A DNA stretch of 59,657 bases, counting the filler, from Sphacelaria rigidula (taxonomy: Eukaryota): NCBI GenBank assembly GCA_964200075.2. It is 5 parts of 5 records of this genome, joined end to end, with 100 filler letters (N's around TTAATTAATTAA, not from the genome) between each part and the next. Parts side by side here need not be neighbours in the genome. Positions count along the whole stretch, not along the records: positions 35,860 to 47,708 come from CAXNAA020004423.1; positions 47,809 to 59,657 come from CAXNAA020004424.1; 3 more parts are not named here. The stretch is one strand, 5' to 3'. Shown in pieces: positions 35,860 through 47,874 of this stretch. Every line of letters begins with the position of its first letter. Position 1 is the stretch's first letter. The translations under genes and the position numbers were made by a program. The notes beneath the pieces are model-generated. The model made no database searches. It was not told where the DNA came from and saw only the letters and a program-made list of their open reading frames with translations.

Positions 35860-36924
35860 AAAAGCTCAGATCGCCCTCAAACTCGGCAGTTCCGTAGGTA
35901 TTGATGCTCAAAATGGAAAAATTGTATTCTTGACAATATATCATGTTTTCTCTGTTCTCTACTGGCTTCCGGGGCCCCAGCATGAAATTCCCGGAAGGCG
36001 GTGCAGAATGCCCTGAAAGAAAAATAATGAAATGATGCATCCCGGGACAGTCCAAGGAACACATGTACAAAGTTTGGTGGAGAAACCCAAAAACCTCATG
36101 CAGTTTTTCTTGCCTTGACGTCAAATTCACCCCAAAAAACGTTGCCATACTAGAACCAAGTAGTTATGAGTTGCACGTTTCAAGCCCACGTCCTCCACAA
36201 ACGCGCGAACTTTCACGCTTCCACGAGGAGTTAAATCCTGAAACTTCGCATAAATATGTCATGTATCATTACACAACTTTGTACGGACGATACTTTTTGT
36301 ACTTCATGAGTCTTTCACCGTTTTTCGGGGGTCCGACGGGATCGAAGTCGTTTTTCGAAGTAGTTTCCATTCTGGGACCCCAGAAATATGGCACTACGAT
36401 ATTTTTTTTCACTTTTTCGCAAACTATCTGCCTCTGCATAACCCAAGGATGGGCCCCACAAATTTTCTTCGCCAAACTCGATCAACTGATGCTTGAATTT
36501 CCCTGTTCACGTCAAAGAAGGCCCCAACGCCGTTTTGGTACTAAAATCAAGTAGTTTGCGGTTTCACCACGGTACGGCAAACTTCATCGCACAAAGGCCA
36601 AAAACTTCACGCTGTTTTAAGGAGTTAGACCCTGAATTTTTGTACGACTGCTCTCTGGGACATAACGCAACTTCGCATGGTATGTTTTATTTTTATTTTT
36701 TTGTTATCGTTTTGCGGGGGTCCGATTGGGTCAAGGTTTCCCCCTCCAAACTGGGACCCCTGAAAAACGGTGAAAAAAATAGAAAAAAATCAATAAACCC
36801 CATTCCTGCAAAGTTGCGTAATGACCCATAGAACATTCGTACAAAATTTCAGGGTCTGACTCCCTAAAACGGCGTGAAGTTTTGCTGATGAGTGTTTTTC
36901 GGGTGGAATGCGTGAACCAGCCTG
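35860..36924. mobile_element. Family C non-autonomous DNA transposon, inverted copy truncated by a gap
   Basis: Reverse-complement similarity to 10075-11050; same TIR, followed by TA. Confidence 0.75.
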
Positions 36925-37244
36925 TAAGGTCGGCAGAACCATCGACCGCAGACTCTGCGCTACCGCCTTTCACAAAGCCGAAAGTCTGGAGGCAGCTCAT
37001 GTTGTAGACCGGTGTGGTTCGCAGCAAGTGGGTATGCAGTGCGCGGATGATGCATGTGTGATTTGTGTGTGGAGTGTGGGTGTGGTGGGTGGCGGGGTGG
37101 TGGGCAGTGGGAGGAGGCATGCGAAAAAGGGGGGACGATATGCTGTCTATCCCCCAACTGCCTCCCTGGTAATAAAAATAAAAATAAAAATATCGACGAT
37201 ATCGATATTTTTTTGGTACTGATACGTATCAACAAATGTTGGCT

Positions 37245-37355
37245 TTAATTGATTGATTGACTACCACACTTTAACTGATCCCCCAGGAGTCCAGGCGTGG
37301 TCTCATGATAGACGTTCACAAGAAAAACGAAACTGAAACACGCTCTGAGAAAATA
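37245..37355 (-). mobile_element. Retroposon 3' end with an (ATCA)n tail (family G)
   Basis: Reverse complement of 42380-42480. Confidence 0.7.
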
Positions 37356-38258
37356 AGGAACCGAAACCGGCGATACCGACACGCCGTATTGACCAATATT
37401 TACCGAAATCATATCGAGTATCGACAGATATCCGATTTTCAACACTGTTGTACTGTACACGAGCGGCCACGTACCGTCTCACGGATTTCATTCCTTTTTT
37501 TCGACCAAAATCTTGAAAATTCGCCTGGACCCAACTCGACAAAAATGAGCGAATTTCGCTCATTTATCGAATCCACCGCCCCCATTTTTCGATCGAAATA
37601 TAATGTGCTGATAATAAGGTCGTGTGGGAATTTGATTACTGACTTTTCTGAAAAAAAAGTCCCTGAAAAAAAGTCGTCCGCCCGAACTTTTTTCAGTGTT
37701 TTTTTTCAGTCTCTAAGGGCCCTTCGTAACGAAAGCGATTATTCCCTTTCCCACAATCCCCTTTTGACAGTGGATTGGCCCCATAACGACCAGTCCCGAG
37801 TCCTATCGACGAGCAGCAGTTTTGTACAGATTGGAACCCACATCTGCACGCAGCTTGAGGAATGCGGCGGGTCTGGGGGTGGTCGGTAGTCCAAGCAGGT
37901 CCAAGGTCTGTGTAATGCTGCAGACAAGACGCAACAAGGCGACACAACACCTCCACGCCCAGCCCCGAAAAAACACGCATGGACACCCACCACTCACGCG
38001 CATTAGTTTCACAGCTAACCCTTGCTAATCTACACGCGGCAGTCTTTGTTGGACAGAAATCCGTTTTGTATTGGACGAATGGCAGCCGCATGCGCGTCAA
38101 AAACAACCGCAAACGTGTCGTTGCTGACCGTTTTGTAAGCGTGTGCTGCGCGCGCGTCTCACACAAACCATCATTTCTCAATGGATTCTGAAAAGATTTG
38201 AGCAAGGTCACACACAACGTGCACAACTGATGAGCAGCTACGGGTCGAGCTGTGTGTT

Positions 38259-41200
38259 TTAGGTTTGCGGGGCCACCAAGTCCCTCATGTTCAGCTGTGA
38301 CTGTGTTGGGTTGTGTGGTAAGCCTTTCTTTGCATGTGCCCCTGTCAACCGGACATGTATGTTCCCCTTCGAGGTGTCCGGAAATCCCCTTTTGAAAAGG
38401 GGATTTCAGGGACTGTTTTTGCCAGTGTTGAATATCGAACGGAAAAATAAGTTCGATACGAGGAGCCCCATATCGGGAAATCCATGCACCACCCACTCTT
38501 TCGCCGCACAAACCTCATTCTGGGGTTGGAGGAAGGGGGGAGGGGGGGTACCCGATTTCATGAGGGGGGTACCCCCTGATTGCTGGATGATGGCGATAGT
38601 AGTTGCTGTACTGCACCGCACGTGTTTGCCGGTAACGTCGGCCTGCGCCGGGTGTACCGAAACGGTAGGTGGTACTGTAGGGGTAAGTCGAAGCAAGTAG
38701 AGAAGAACATATCCGCAGAAGCAGGGAGTGAAGATCAAAGCGCTGAGGGCACCGGCGCTGGAACTGCGCCCCATGTTCCAGAAGTCTTGCAAGGGGTGAA
38801 CGTGAAGTGGGCACGCACGCCTGGCACCCAGGAGTTTGCATGGATCTGCCCTTGCGGGCATAACAATATATTAATATCACGTTAATTACATTTCATGACT
38901 GCCGCTACCTCGATGTTGGATATTCTTTTTCGCAACACCACGGCCATAACATTTCCCTTCGCAACCTCTCCCTCTCTTGTGTCGCAGTGCAGTATGAGTC
39001 GCGATATGTAGATATAGGCGTTGTACGAACACGGCTGTCTGCCCAAACGCGGGCAAAGTACGTGATTCTCTGCAACTCACACATTGTGCACGTCTACAAT
39101 ATCAAAACATTTTCGTATCGGCTGGTAACACCACACAGTCAACTTACTGTATGTACGTTTCAGTCATTCAGTAAAGCCGGTCGCCCCGGTGGCTCAGTTG
39201 AAAACCTCGAAACCTTCTTCTGACAGTTGGGTCGTGGGTTTAATTCTCGGAGCGATCTGGGATTTTTTCTCACACACTGCCCAACAGTGGAGAGCGACTA
39301 TGTCGTGGGTACACAAAATTCGACCTGACGGTCGACGAGGGAAATGGACTGCTAAACCCCTCTCGCAATAAAAAATGAAGGTATGCACCGCAGAAGGAAG
39401 GTGGGGAACTAAAAACAAATGAAAAATAAAAGGCTTCTGTGTTGACCTTCCTCCTGTGTGACCCCGGCTGGTGCGTCCACATATACCGAAAGGTGTAGAC
39501 CGGCGCCCAGAATAGATGGGACGACAACACAACACAGCAGCAGCAGGAAACTTTTCCCTGGCATACTGTTGGTACCGCCAAGATACTGCTGGTCCAAAAC
39601 GCAGGAGTGCCAAGCTTTCACCTCGTTTCATTTCCGCGACCAAGCGAAAGATTGTACTGCGGTTTCTTGCGCACGCTTGCCACACACCTAAACTAGGGAA
39701 CCATGCAAAAGCCTTTCCTTGACACCTTCCACAAACGCTGAACCAAACCAAAATGTAGTCAAAAATACTGATCTTGGGGAGGGCGGCTTTTTGGGTCCGC
39801 TGTGGCGATCAGAGGAAAACCAATGTGCGATTCCCTAGCTTTTGTATTTGTACGGGGGACTGTAAATTGCCATAGGCCGACTTGCGTCCAGTGTTGAAAT
39901 GAACTCAAATAAAGTGCTGCACTGTCGGATACTAAAACCAAGTCAATGAGGGACGACGCGTGTGTCCCATGCATATATATATATATATATCAGAACAGTT
40001 CCTGAAAAGTTCATTATTCCTCCGCATTTTTCTTCTTTTCTTCTGCACGGTTATTTTGGGTCGTCATGGCCCTCATTCCCCCCTGTAACTGTGCTAGTCA
40101 TGCGATGTGCTGGGCCGTCAACAATCTTTATCTGTACGCAAATCGGGGGACCTCCAATCAGAAAACACATTTTACGAACCCCAGTATGGGCCAGATTGGG
40201 GAAGCTCAAATCGGGATGTCACGACTTTCTCCTATTTTCCTCGATTCGGGCTATAAATCGGGGGTAAGATGTGGTTCCCCCAATCTGTAAGGAGGTGATG
40301 TACGTGCAGTGACGCACGGTGATATGGCGATAGGCGTTTGATATTTTTGCAGCCGCAGCAGCAGACAGTCTCGCGACTGCACAGGCCGTGCCTGCCCGCG
40401 CCAGCTGCTGGAGCTTCTTCACACGGGGTTCGACGGGTGGATAAGAAGTGTTGACGCCGTCCCTTGAGGCGACGGTAATATATAATGCTACACTGGGGTG
40501 CCGTATATATCACCATAACGAACGGTGTTGTACTACTCCTACTCTCTGTTGTCACCTTACTTGCAGAGTCATGCGCGGCACTGCACTATAATACTGAGCT
40601 CTTCTCGCACACTGTTTACTTTTCTAGCATTACCGACTGTGCCATCATGCATTATCATGTACTGTAATGATGGAGTGTACTGCACTGTAAAATACTCCAG
40701 GATACCATTGTACGACTCGAAGGATAATTCACTGCCTGCCTGATCTTCGGCCCCACTCATGCAGAAAAGGACCGTCCGTGTAAAGAACTACTTCGCACAT
40801 CCGTGCGACTAAAAAAGATTCTCCGCGGACCTCATTTTCGCAAGTATGAGTCTCCCCGATTATACACATATTGGGGTCTCCATCGGGTCGAGATTCGTCT
40901 CCATAAAAACTAGTCCAAGGTATCGGACTCGGTTAAGGCCCTGCGTACACGTGAGATATTTTAACTGAGACACAGAAGAAATAGATGGACAGACATGGAC
41001 AGATCGACAGACATGGACCAAGACACAAAAAGCGAGAGGGGGAGGGGGAGAGAGAGAGAGAGGAACAGACGCCTCTATAGGGTACTGCTTGCGAAGCACT
41101 CACCCTTTTCGTCGCATGCCTGCCGCTGCCGCTCGTGCGGAAATGCACCAGACGGGCTCGCTGCATATCTTGCGAGTACGACAGCTGCGTTCGTTTGGTC

Positions 41201-44200
41201 AAGAAATACTCCAACCATTCCTGTCCGCGGACGCCCCCGCCCCCCGGCCGCACACACGCAAGGCACACACACAGAACAAAACACGCAAGCATGTTGTTGT
41301 TGTTGTTGTTGTTGTTATTTCCCTCATGAAAAAAAAAAATCCGATATCTGCGCAGTACTCAGTATTGGGCATCTGATGCGGATGCCTTCCATGGTAACAG
41401 GCTTATCACTAATACCCAAAAAAGCGTGGGGGGGGGGGAGTGGGGGGGGGAACATGGGGGAAAAAAACCCCGGCAGACTTGACAATAATGCGCATGAATA
41501 CAACGTATGACAAAATTGGTATTCGGTTTGTGCCTGCGTGTGCGGATGTGCCTGCGTGTGCGCACATGTGTACAATGGCGACAAATATGACCTGAATCGC
41601 CCCATGGTACACCACAGTTTGCTTCGTTTCACGTTCCTTTTTTCGAAGGATCTACACGTTACACTGCTAGCGTTCACGTTTCACGTCAAAAGTTGTCAAA
41701 AGTTAAGCCGGGCTAGTACTACAGTGGTGGACCACGTGGGGAGCCCTGATTTGACTTGACTTTTGGACAGGGCTTTCATGTGGTCCCGCCCCGCCCCGTG
41801 GTACCTAGCCTGGTTTAACTTTCGACGCCAAACGTGACACGACGTCATACGTGACGAGTGTAACGTGTAGACCGTTGCTTTTTTTCCGATGTACTCCTGT
41901 GTTTGTTCTGTCTCTCCTTGTCTATTCCCCCCCCCCCCCTCATGTGGTATTGTGACTATGGTATGCATGATCATGAGTACACCCCCCCCCCTCATGCGAC
42001 TCGTCGAAGACATCACAGCGCTTCGCGCTTGTTGATGGATTCTGAGCCTGGTCCGGCGAAACCCAGTGTACTCCGCCCCGGATCTGCTAGGGACGCGGGG
42101 TCAACGGTCTCATGACTACGGCATGCAAGATCGATCATGAATATCCCCCCTCCCCCTCCTCCTCTTTGTCGGGTTTCCTTCTAGCGAGTGTTGCCGTTCT
42201 CTTTTTGTTCAGGCAGGTCCATCTTGCGACCAAACTCCTCGGAGATCAGTTGAGGTGCGACAACCAATCTTTCTTCTTTTTATTATGTTCTATTTTTGCA
42301 GCTCCTGACCACGGGCTGGATTGTTGCAGTCAGCTAATGTGAGATAATCAATATATATAAATATAAATATATGTATATTTTTCCTCAGAGCGTGTTTGAA
42401 TTTCGTTTTTCTTGGGTACGTCTTTCATGAGACCACGGCTAGACCCTTGGGGGGTCAGATAAAGTGCGACAATCAATCAACAAATAAAAAATAAAAAATA
42501 AACCAATCAATCAATCGATCAATCACTCAATAAATCGATATATCAGTAAAAAAACGCCAACTCCGAGGGTGACTCGTTACCGAGGAGTCAATAATAGCAC
42601 TAACTGCTGCGCCCCGGTGGTGTAATGGTCCTATTGTCGCCATTAGGGTGGAAATAACGGGGGTTCGATTCCCGATCCGTTGTTTTTTTTCTTCGTAACG
42701 TATGATTTCCACCATGGAAAGCGTGAGAACGTGAGTAAACACAGTAGTCGACTGGGTTTGTGTGACGGGAGTTGACGCGGTGCGGGAGTGCGGACCCAAT
42801 CCGCGAGACCAAAATGAAAGGCGCGTAGCAGGGGGAGAGATGGGTAAATCCCTTGAGGCCACGGACTCATCCCGAGGAAGGGGAGGTGTTCAGAGTGTGA
42901 GGAAAAAAATGAATAAATAGCTCAACTTACACATGATCAATAATGCCGAGGTTCGACGGCGTATCCTGATGTACTACTACGATAATTGGAACCATGAAAA
43001 ATATATGTGCGACAATATACACACACATATATATATACATATGGGCTGCATGAAGAATGCATCAAACAAACAAACCTACAAACATCGGAAAAACAAAACA
43101 AAAATCACTTGAGTAAGCCAAACACATCTTGGTATCTATAACCCGCGAGGTGCGCAACATACCTGCCGAGAATTCGAAAACTTCTTTTTGGCTACATTCG
43201 ATTCACAACTACTAGTGACAGCACTTATGCTCCGCGTAAGACTGCCTACCGTGAGGGCTGTGCTCCTGCTCTAGTGGTGAGAGTCCACGTTCGCGGATAT
43301 GCTGCAGTAGTGTGGAGCATAACACATGGATTGCTCAGAGGTGGGACTCACGTCCTTGACACAAAGTCGACCACAGCGAACTGACCGATGAATGGGGGGA
43401 AACCCCTCCGTGAAAGATTCCAAGGTTATGTTCTACAATATGGGGTATACACACTGAAGGATGTCGAAATGTGTACCGAATGTTCCGGTATGTTTCGACA
43501 GGGTGTCGAGCCCTGTTCCGAACACTCCGATATGGCCCGTGAGGGTATTTTGCCTGTAATATTCCACGGTTCGGACGGACCATCGCCGGTTCAAATCACC
43601 AAAATAAAAACCGCTACTTTTCAGGCCTGATTGCTCGAGAGAGAGAGAACAAAGTTGACCGCTGATGAAGGAGGTCTCCACGCAATTTTTGCGCCATTCC
43701 ACGTGCTTGAGCTGCGCGTACCTAGGTTGCAACGCTAAAAACAAAGCCCAAGGATTGATTCGTAGGGTACGAATCCATTACACTAAAATCAAGTAATTTC
43801 CAGACGAATCGTTATTTCGTCCGACCGCTGTTAACATTCCTCTTTCATGCCATCGTAAATACCCGAAGTTCAGCTGGCATACCGTACAGAAGAGAAACGT
43901 GGCAAGTTTCTTGGAAAATCGGACTTCTAGAAACTTGCAAACCTCACCAAGGTGCTCTCGACGTTAGCTAGCGTTACACAACACGAGGACAGTCTTGATT
44001 TTAACCTGTTGGTACGTTCGCAAAAGTAAAGCTCGTGTGGCCCTTCCGTTGTTTTCCTACGCAGAGCCAACAGGATCTTCTGGGACTTCAAGATTTTTCA
44101 GATGCAAATACTATTCCATACCCCAGATAGTGTGGCCAATGGTTGCAAAAAAGAAAATTTGTACCGCGTGCAGTGTAGGCCTATTGCAACTATAATATAT

Positions 44201-44710
44201 ATAGACCACGATTGTCCAGGGTGTGAATCACTCGCTGCACCAAAAGGAAGCCCGAAGTGTGTGCAGTCAAAGAGCTTCATTGCTTCATTTTCCTACCACC
44301 AACACAAGACAACACAAATGGCAAATCGTATTGATCAACCCTTTTCACAGCAACGTACAGGTAAAACATTTTTTTCTGCGTCCATATGCACACGACTAAT
44401 GATCAACTTTTTTTTTTTTTCTCATCTGAGTCCAATGTGCACACGAATAATTACGAACTTCTTTTTTGTGCTTTCAATTTTTTTAACGGGAGGAATGGTC
44501 ATGTTCCTGCAGCCGAGACGCGAAAAAAAATATCAAAAGCTTCGGAATCAATCGAGGGAGCTACTCGGCTACTGCTATATAGGAACACAACACAGCGGTA
44601 ATTCTTTTAATCGTATCAATGAACCCGTTCTTCACCGTAACGTCCAACAGTCACCTGGAGCCCGTTGTGTGTTGTGTGTTGTTGTTGTTGTGTGTGTTGT
44701 GTGTTGTGTG

Positions 44711-44787
<77 letters not shown>

Positions 44788-45880
44788 GGCGCGGGGGGCG
44801 GGATGTGTTCTCGCGAAAGTACTTCTACGACTGCTTCATGTTTCATGTGCAAGATTTTCTGTTGCAGTCGGTTCAAGGAGACGAACGATCCCAAAACCCC
44901 ACGAGCGGAAAACGCCTTTATTTCTCCATTACCAAGTGCAACAATCAGTCAATCAGTCAGTCGAACACTCAACCGACCAATAAATCAATCGAATCAACTG
45001 CCGAAAAAAAAACAATGACAATACAACGGCGACCTCAAAACCCTCGTGCGGGAGATGCCACAAAATATGGTCCCTCGGTCGAACCACTGGATCTTGAAAG
45101 CGGCAACGGCGCCGGTAAAAATACGGGGAGGTATGTCTTCACTGGGCGTGTGTGGTGCTCGCAAGCAGATAATGCCTGCTACGCCATAGCGTCGGGCCTA
45201 CCATCGGCGAGGGCCAGCCACCGACATCGTTTCGAAGGAAGGCGGCTTCTCTACAAAAGCAGTCGGTCATCTCGAGTCAACATCTGACCATGTTTTCGTG
45301 ATATCGAGAGTGGAGCGTTGATTGAGGGTGGGTTTTCATTATGCGCTTTCACTTGACCAGTCTTTTTATTCCGCGTGTGCTTTTCGTTGCTTGTAACACT
45401 GGCGCGTGCCCACAGCTACACGTCGATATCTTACTCAGACGTATCAAGGGCTTCGGTGGCAAGCCACTACAACAGAAAGCGTATCGCGCCTCATGGAGGA
45501 TAATTTCGAAGCTGAAATGATCCAATCATTAATCGACCGCGTCTCACTCTCAATCGTATCCTCTACTCTCATTCGCACGAACGTACTGTCATGTGCCGGT
45601 GCGAAAAACTCCTTGTGAGCCGTCGATTCTCGTGAGAAAAAAACCCGCGCAGTCAACTACAAGGCAGGTAGACGGGGAAAACAATATATATATATATATA
45701 TATATTATGCCTCGAGAGGCTTTGCGGCAAATCAAATAATTTTAACCTGCGTGGCTCCATCGTATTCATGGGGATTCTTCGGAGATGGACCGAACACGAG
45801 CGCTTGCGTCATGTGATCCCAATGCGGTACGGAGCCGGCAACCTGTCGAAGGTACCCGTCCACCTCGTCCTTGCTGTGTC
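38259..45880 (-). CDS. Tentative multi-exon gene of unknown function with small exons
   Basis: Candidate exons 45880-45843 (HSKDEVDGYLRQ), 45092-45034 (IQWFDRGTIFCGISRTRVLR) and 43721-43660 (YAQLKHVEWRKNCVETSFIS) are phase-compatible. Further candidates start at 41220 (EWLEYFLTKRTQLSYSQDMQRARLVHFR) and form a terminal exon 38341-38259 (AHAKKGLPHNPTQSQLNMRDLVAPQT*). Several donors are weak and no homology was recognised. Confidence 0.3.
39183..39546 (+). mobile_element. tRNA-derived SINE family A
   Basis: GCCCCGGTGGCTCAGTTG A-box; colinear with 984-1333; (CAG)n tail. Confidence 0.88.
42215..42525 (+). mobile_element. Stack of short retroposon 3' ends with (ATCA)n-type tails
   Basis: Three consecutive fragments ending ...GTGCGACAACCAATC, ...GTGAGATAATCAAT and ...GTGCGACAATCAATCAA; homologues at 37245-37355 and 51530-51602. 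Confidence 0.65.
42611..42920 (+). mobile_element. tRNA-derived SINE family D
   Basis: A-box TGGTGTAATGG, B-box GGTTCGATTCCC, A-rich tail; body homologous to 25080-25130 and 25850-26310. Confidence 0.8.
44664..44783. repeat. (GT)n/(GTT)n microsatellite
   Basis: Seen directly. Confidence 0.95.
45286..45591. mobile_element. MITE family E copy
   Basis: Colinear with 25958-26261. Confidence 0.75.
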
Positions 45881-45955
45881 CTGTGAGTTGTGAGTAATCA
45901 ACGAATTATAACCACGGTAACGAACAAAAAGCAAACATGGTGAAAAAAAGACGTG

Positions 45956-45986
<31 letters not shown>

Positions 45987-47324
45987 TATTGAAAAGATGA
46001 ACATATTCAATGATTCAGTAACTTACTACGTAATGCGTTAACTAATATTCGTGGATAGAATTCCAAAAAGAAACAAAACATAGAAAGCAGAGCAAGTGGA
46101 ATAAAAACACAAAAACACAAAACGGATTGAACCCCTTTTCGCACGCGATGACTTCTCTAGTTCACCCTCCTACCCCCCCCTTGCTGTGCTCTTCTATTTC
46201 CCACCGAAACGTGGCCGCTATGGCAACGACAGCGACGACAAAAACAACGACGAATGAAGATTGATCCATCATCGCACTCTAATTGAACCACTACGAATGC
46301 AGTCGTGGTCATGATCTAGACGTATCCAGGGAACATGAACAACCAACAATAATACATCATCAATTCATTATAAAATGGGCTCAAAGGCCCTTCGAAAAAA
46401 AAAAGCGTATAATATTTTCAGCAATGTTCATGATTTTAATTTCGTAAAGCGTGTGCTTATTCTATACCCAACTTCTGAATAGTTATATCTCTTTGGAGAG
46501 AAATTGTAGTAAAATGCCGAATATTCTTTTATAAAGATTTTTGCTAAATATCATCCAGTAAAAATTGGTTGTGGAAAGCACGGTCTCGACGTTCCTGTAG
46601 TTCCGTAATCCTGGTTCCCTGTACAACATGCACCAGGATTATTTCCCACACAGCCAACAGCTTGCTAGCTTTCTGGTCCGCAAGAAGCACCCTCTCTCTT
46701 TTCAGGACCATCAACCTGTGTGTCCTGCACACTATACACACGAAGCCGTAGTCTTCGACTACAGCACCGACGCAGAGCCCGCGGTAGCTTATCATTCCGT
46801 GGAAGCACAGTGTCCTCAAGACGGCGTCGATGAACATACATATCTTGCAAACCAGGTGTGAAACGATTCGATACGATCGATAGAGGGATACAAAAGTGGT
46901 TTGATGGACAAAAAGCAGCACTAGCAGAATGACAAACAGACCAAAAACGACAGCAAAAAAACAAAAACGACAAAAAAATGTAGAAAATTGAAAGAAAAAA
47001 AGAAAAAAACGAGAGAGATGACCAAAAATTAATGTATGAATACATATGTGAAAAGGTAATTCCTAGACGGACACCTGTGGGAATTTGTCCCTTTCATGGG
47101 GTGGTTCCCACATCACCCCTCCCTCTAACGAACCTCTTCAAGGATTTGTACGAGTAACCTTTTATGCCGGCTAGCTGTTGGAAGTTTGCCTTTCAATTCA
47201 CACATATTTTACGTGTGTTGGGTCACCCGATCAAAAATCGCCGCAGGAGATTTTTTCGTGCGTTTTTCGTTTTTTTTTCCTCTGCGACAGAGGGTATCGA
47301 GTATTTCTTCGGCTACCATCATTT

Positions 47325-47395
47325 TGGTGGGATCTGGGATTTGAACCCAGGGCCTTCTGTTCGTAAAGCGTACAAGCTATCTCATGGTGTCGTCA
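47325..47395 (-). pseudogene. tRNA-Val(UAC)-like remnant, probably the head of a SINE
   Basis: Minus strand reads GCTTTACGAACAGAAGGCCCTGGGTTCAAATCCCAGATCCCACCA, resembling the 3' half of eukaryotic tRNA-Val(TAC) with an intact T-arm; the 5' half is degenerate. Confidence 0.5.
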
Positions 47396-47545
47396 GTGTC
47401 AAAAGGGGATTCGTTGACGGATACTCATGGGAACTTGTCCCTTTTGTGTGGTGCTTCCCACACCCACAAGTATATCACTGGAACATGTAACAAAACAAGG
47501 AAAAGAAAAAAGCGACGATTACACGGAACCCCCCCTCGCGCGCGC

Positions 47546-47615
47546 CCGTCTCGAAAGGGATACGTGGTCAATGGTCAAACAACTAAGGTAAGCAACAAAT
47601 GAGTACGCCCCCCCC
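47546..47615 (+). mobile_element. LINE family B, very short 3' fragment
   Basis: Family B end, with C7 upstream (47529-35) and C8 downstream (47608-15). Confidence 0.85.
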
Positions 47616-47874
47616 TTTTCTCTGGAAGTGGCGATACCACAGAATAAAGCAACTCATTGTTGGCTGTCACCCAAATGCAAGATGATCAGTACGCTTCGGA
47701 TCGAACAANNNNNNNNNNNNNNNNNNNNNNNNNNNNNNNNNNNNNNNNNNNNTTAATTAATTAANNNNNNNNNNNNNNNNNNNNNNNNNNNNNNNNNNNN
47801 NNNNNNNNACAATAGCCAGCCTCTGACCTCGTGTCACCCCTGGCCTAACATGCTCTTCGAGAGTGAAACCAGTA

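Noticed and set aside
38222..38260. CTGATGAG hammerhead core (also at ~36885)
   Set aside because: No downstream GAAA or flanking stems in the required arrangement.
42611..42685. Possible genuine tRNA gene
   Set aside because: A and B boxes are present, but the cloverleaf is poor and it continues into a repeated SINE body.
44102..45287. ORFs with poly-(CV) or poly-(HT) tracts
   Set aside because: Translations of a (GT)n microsatellite.
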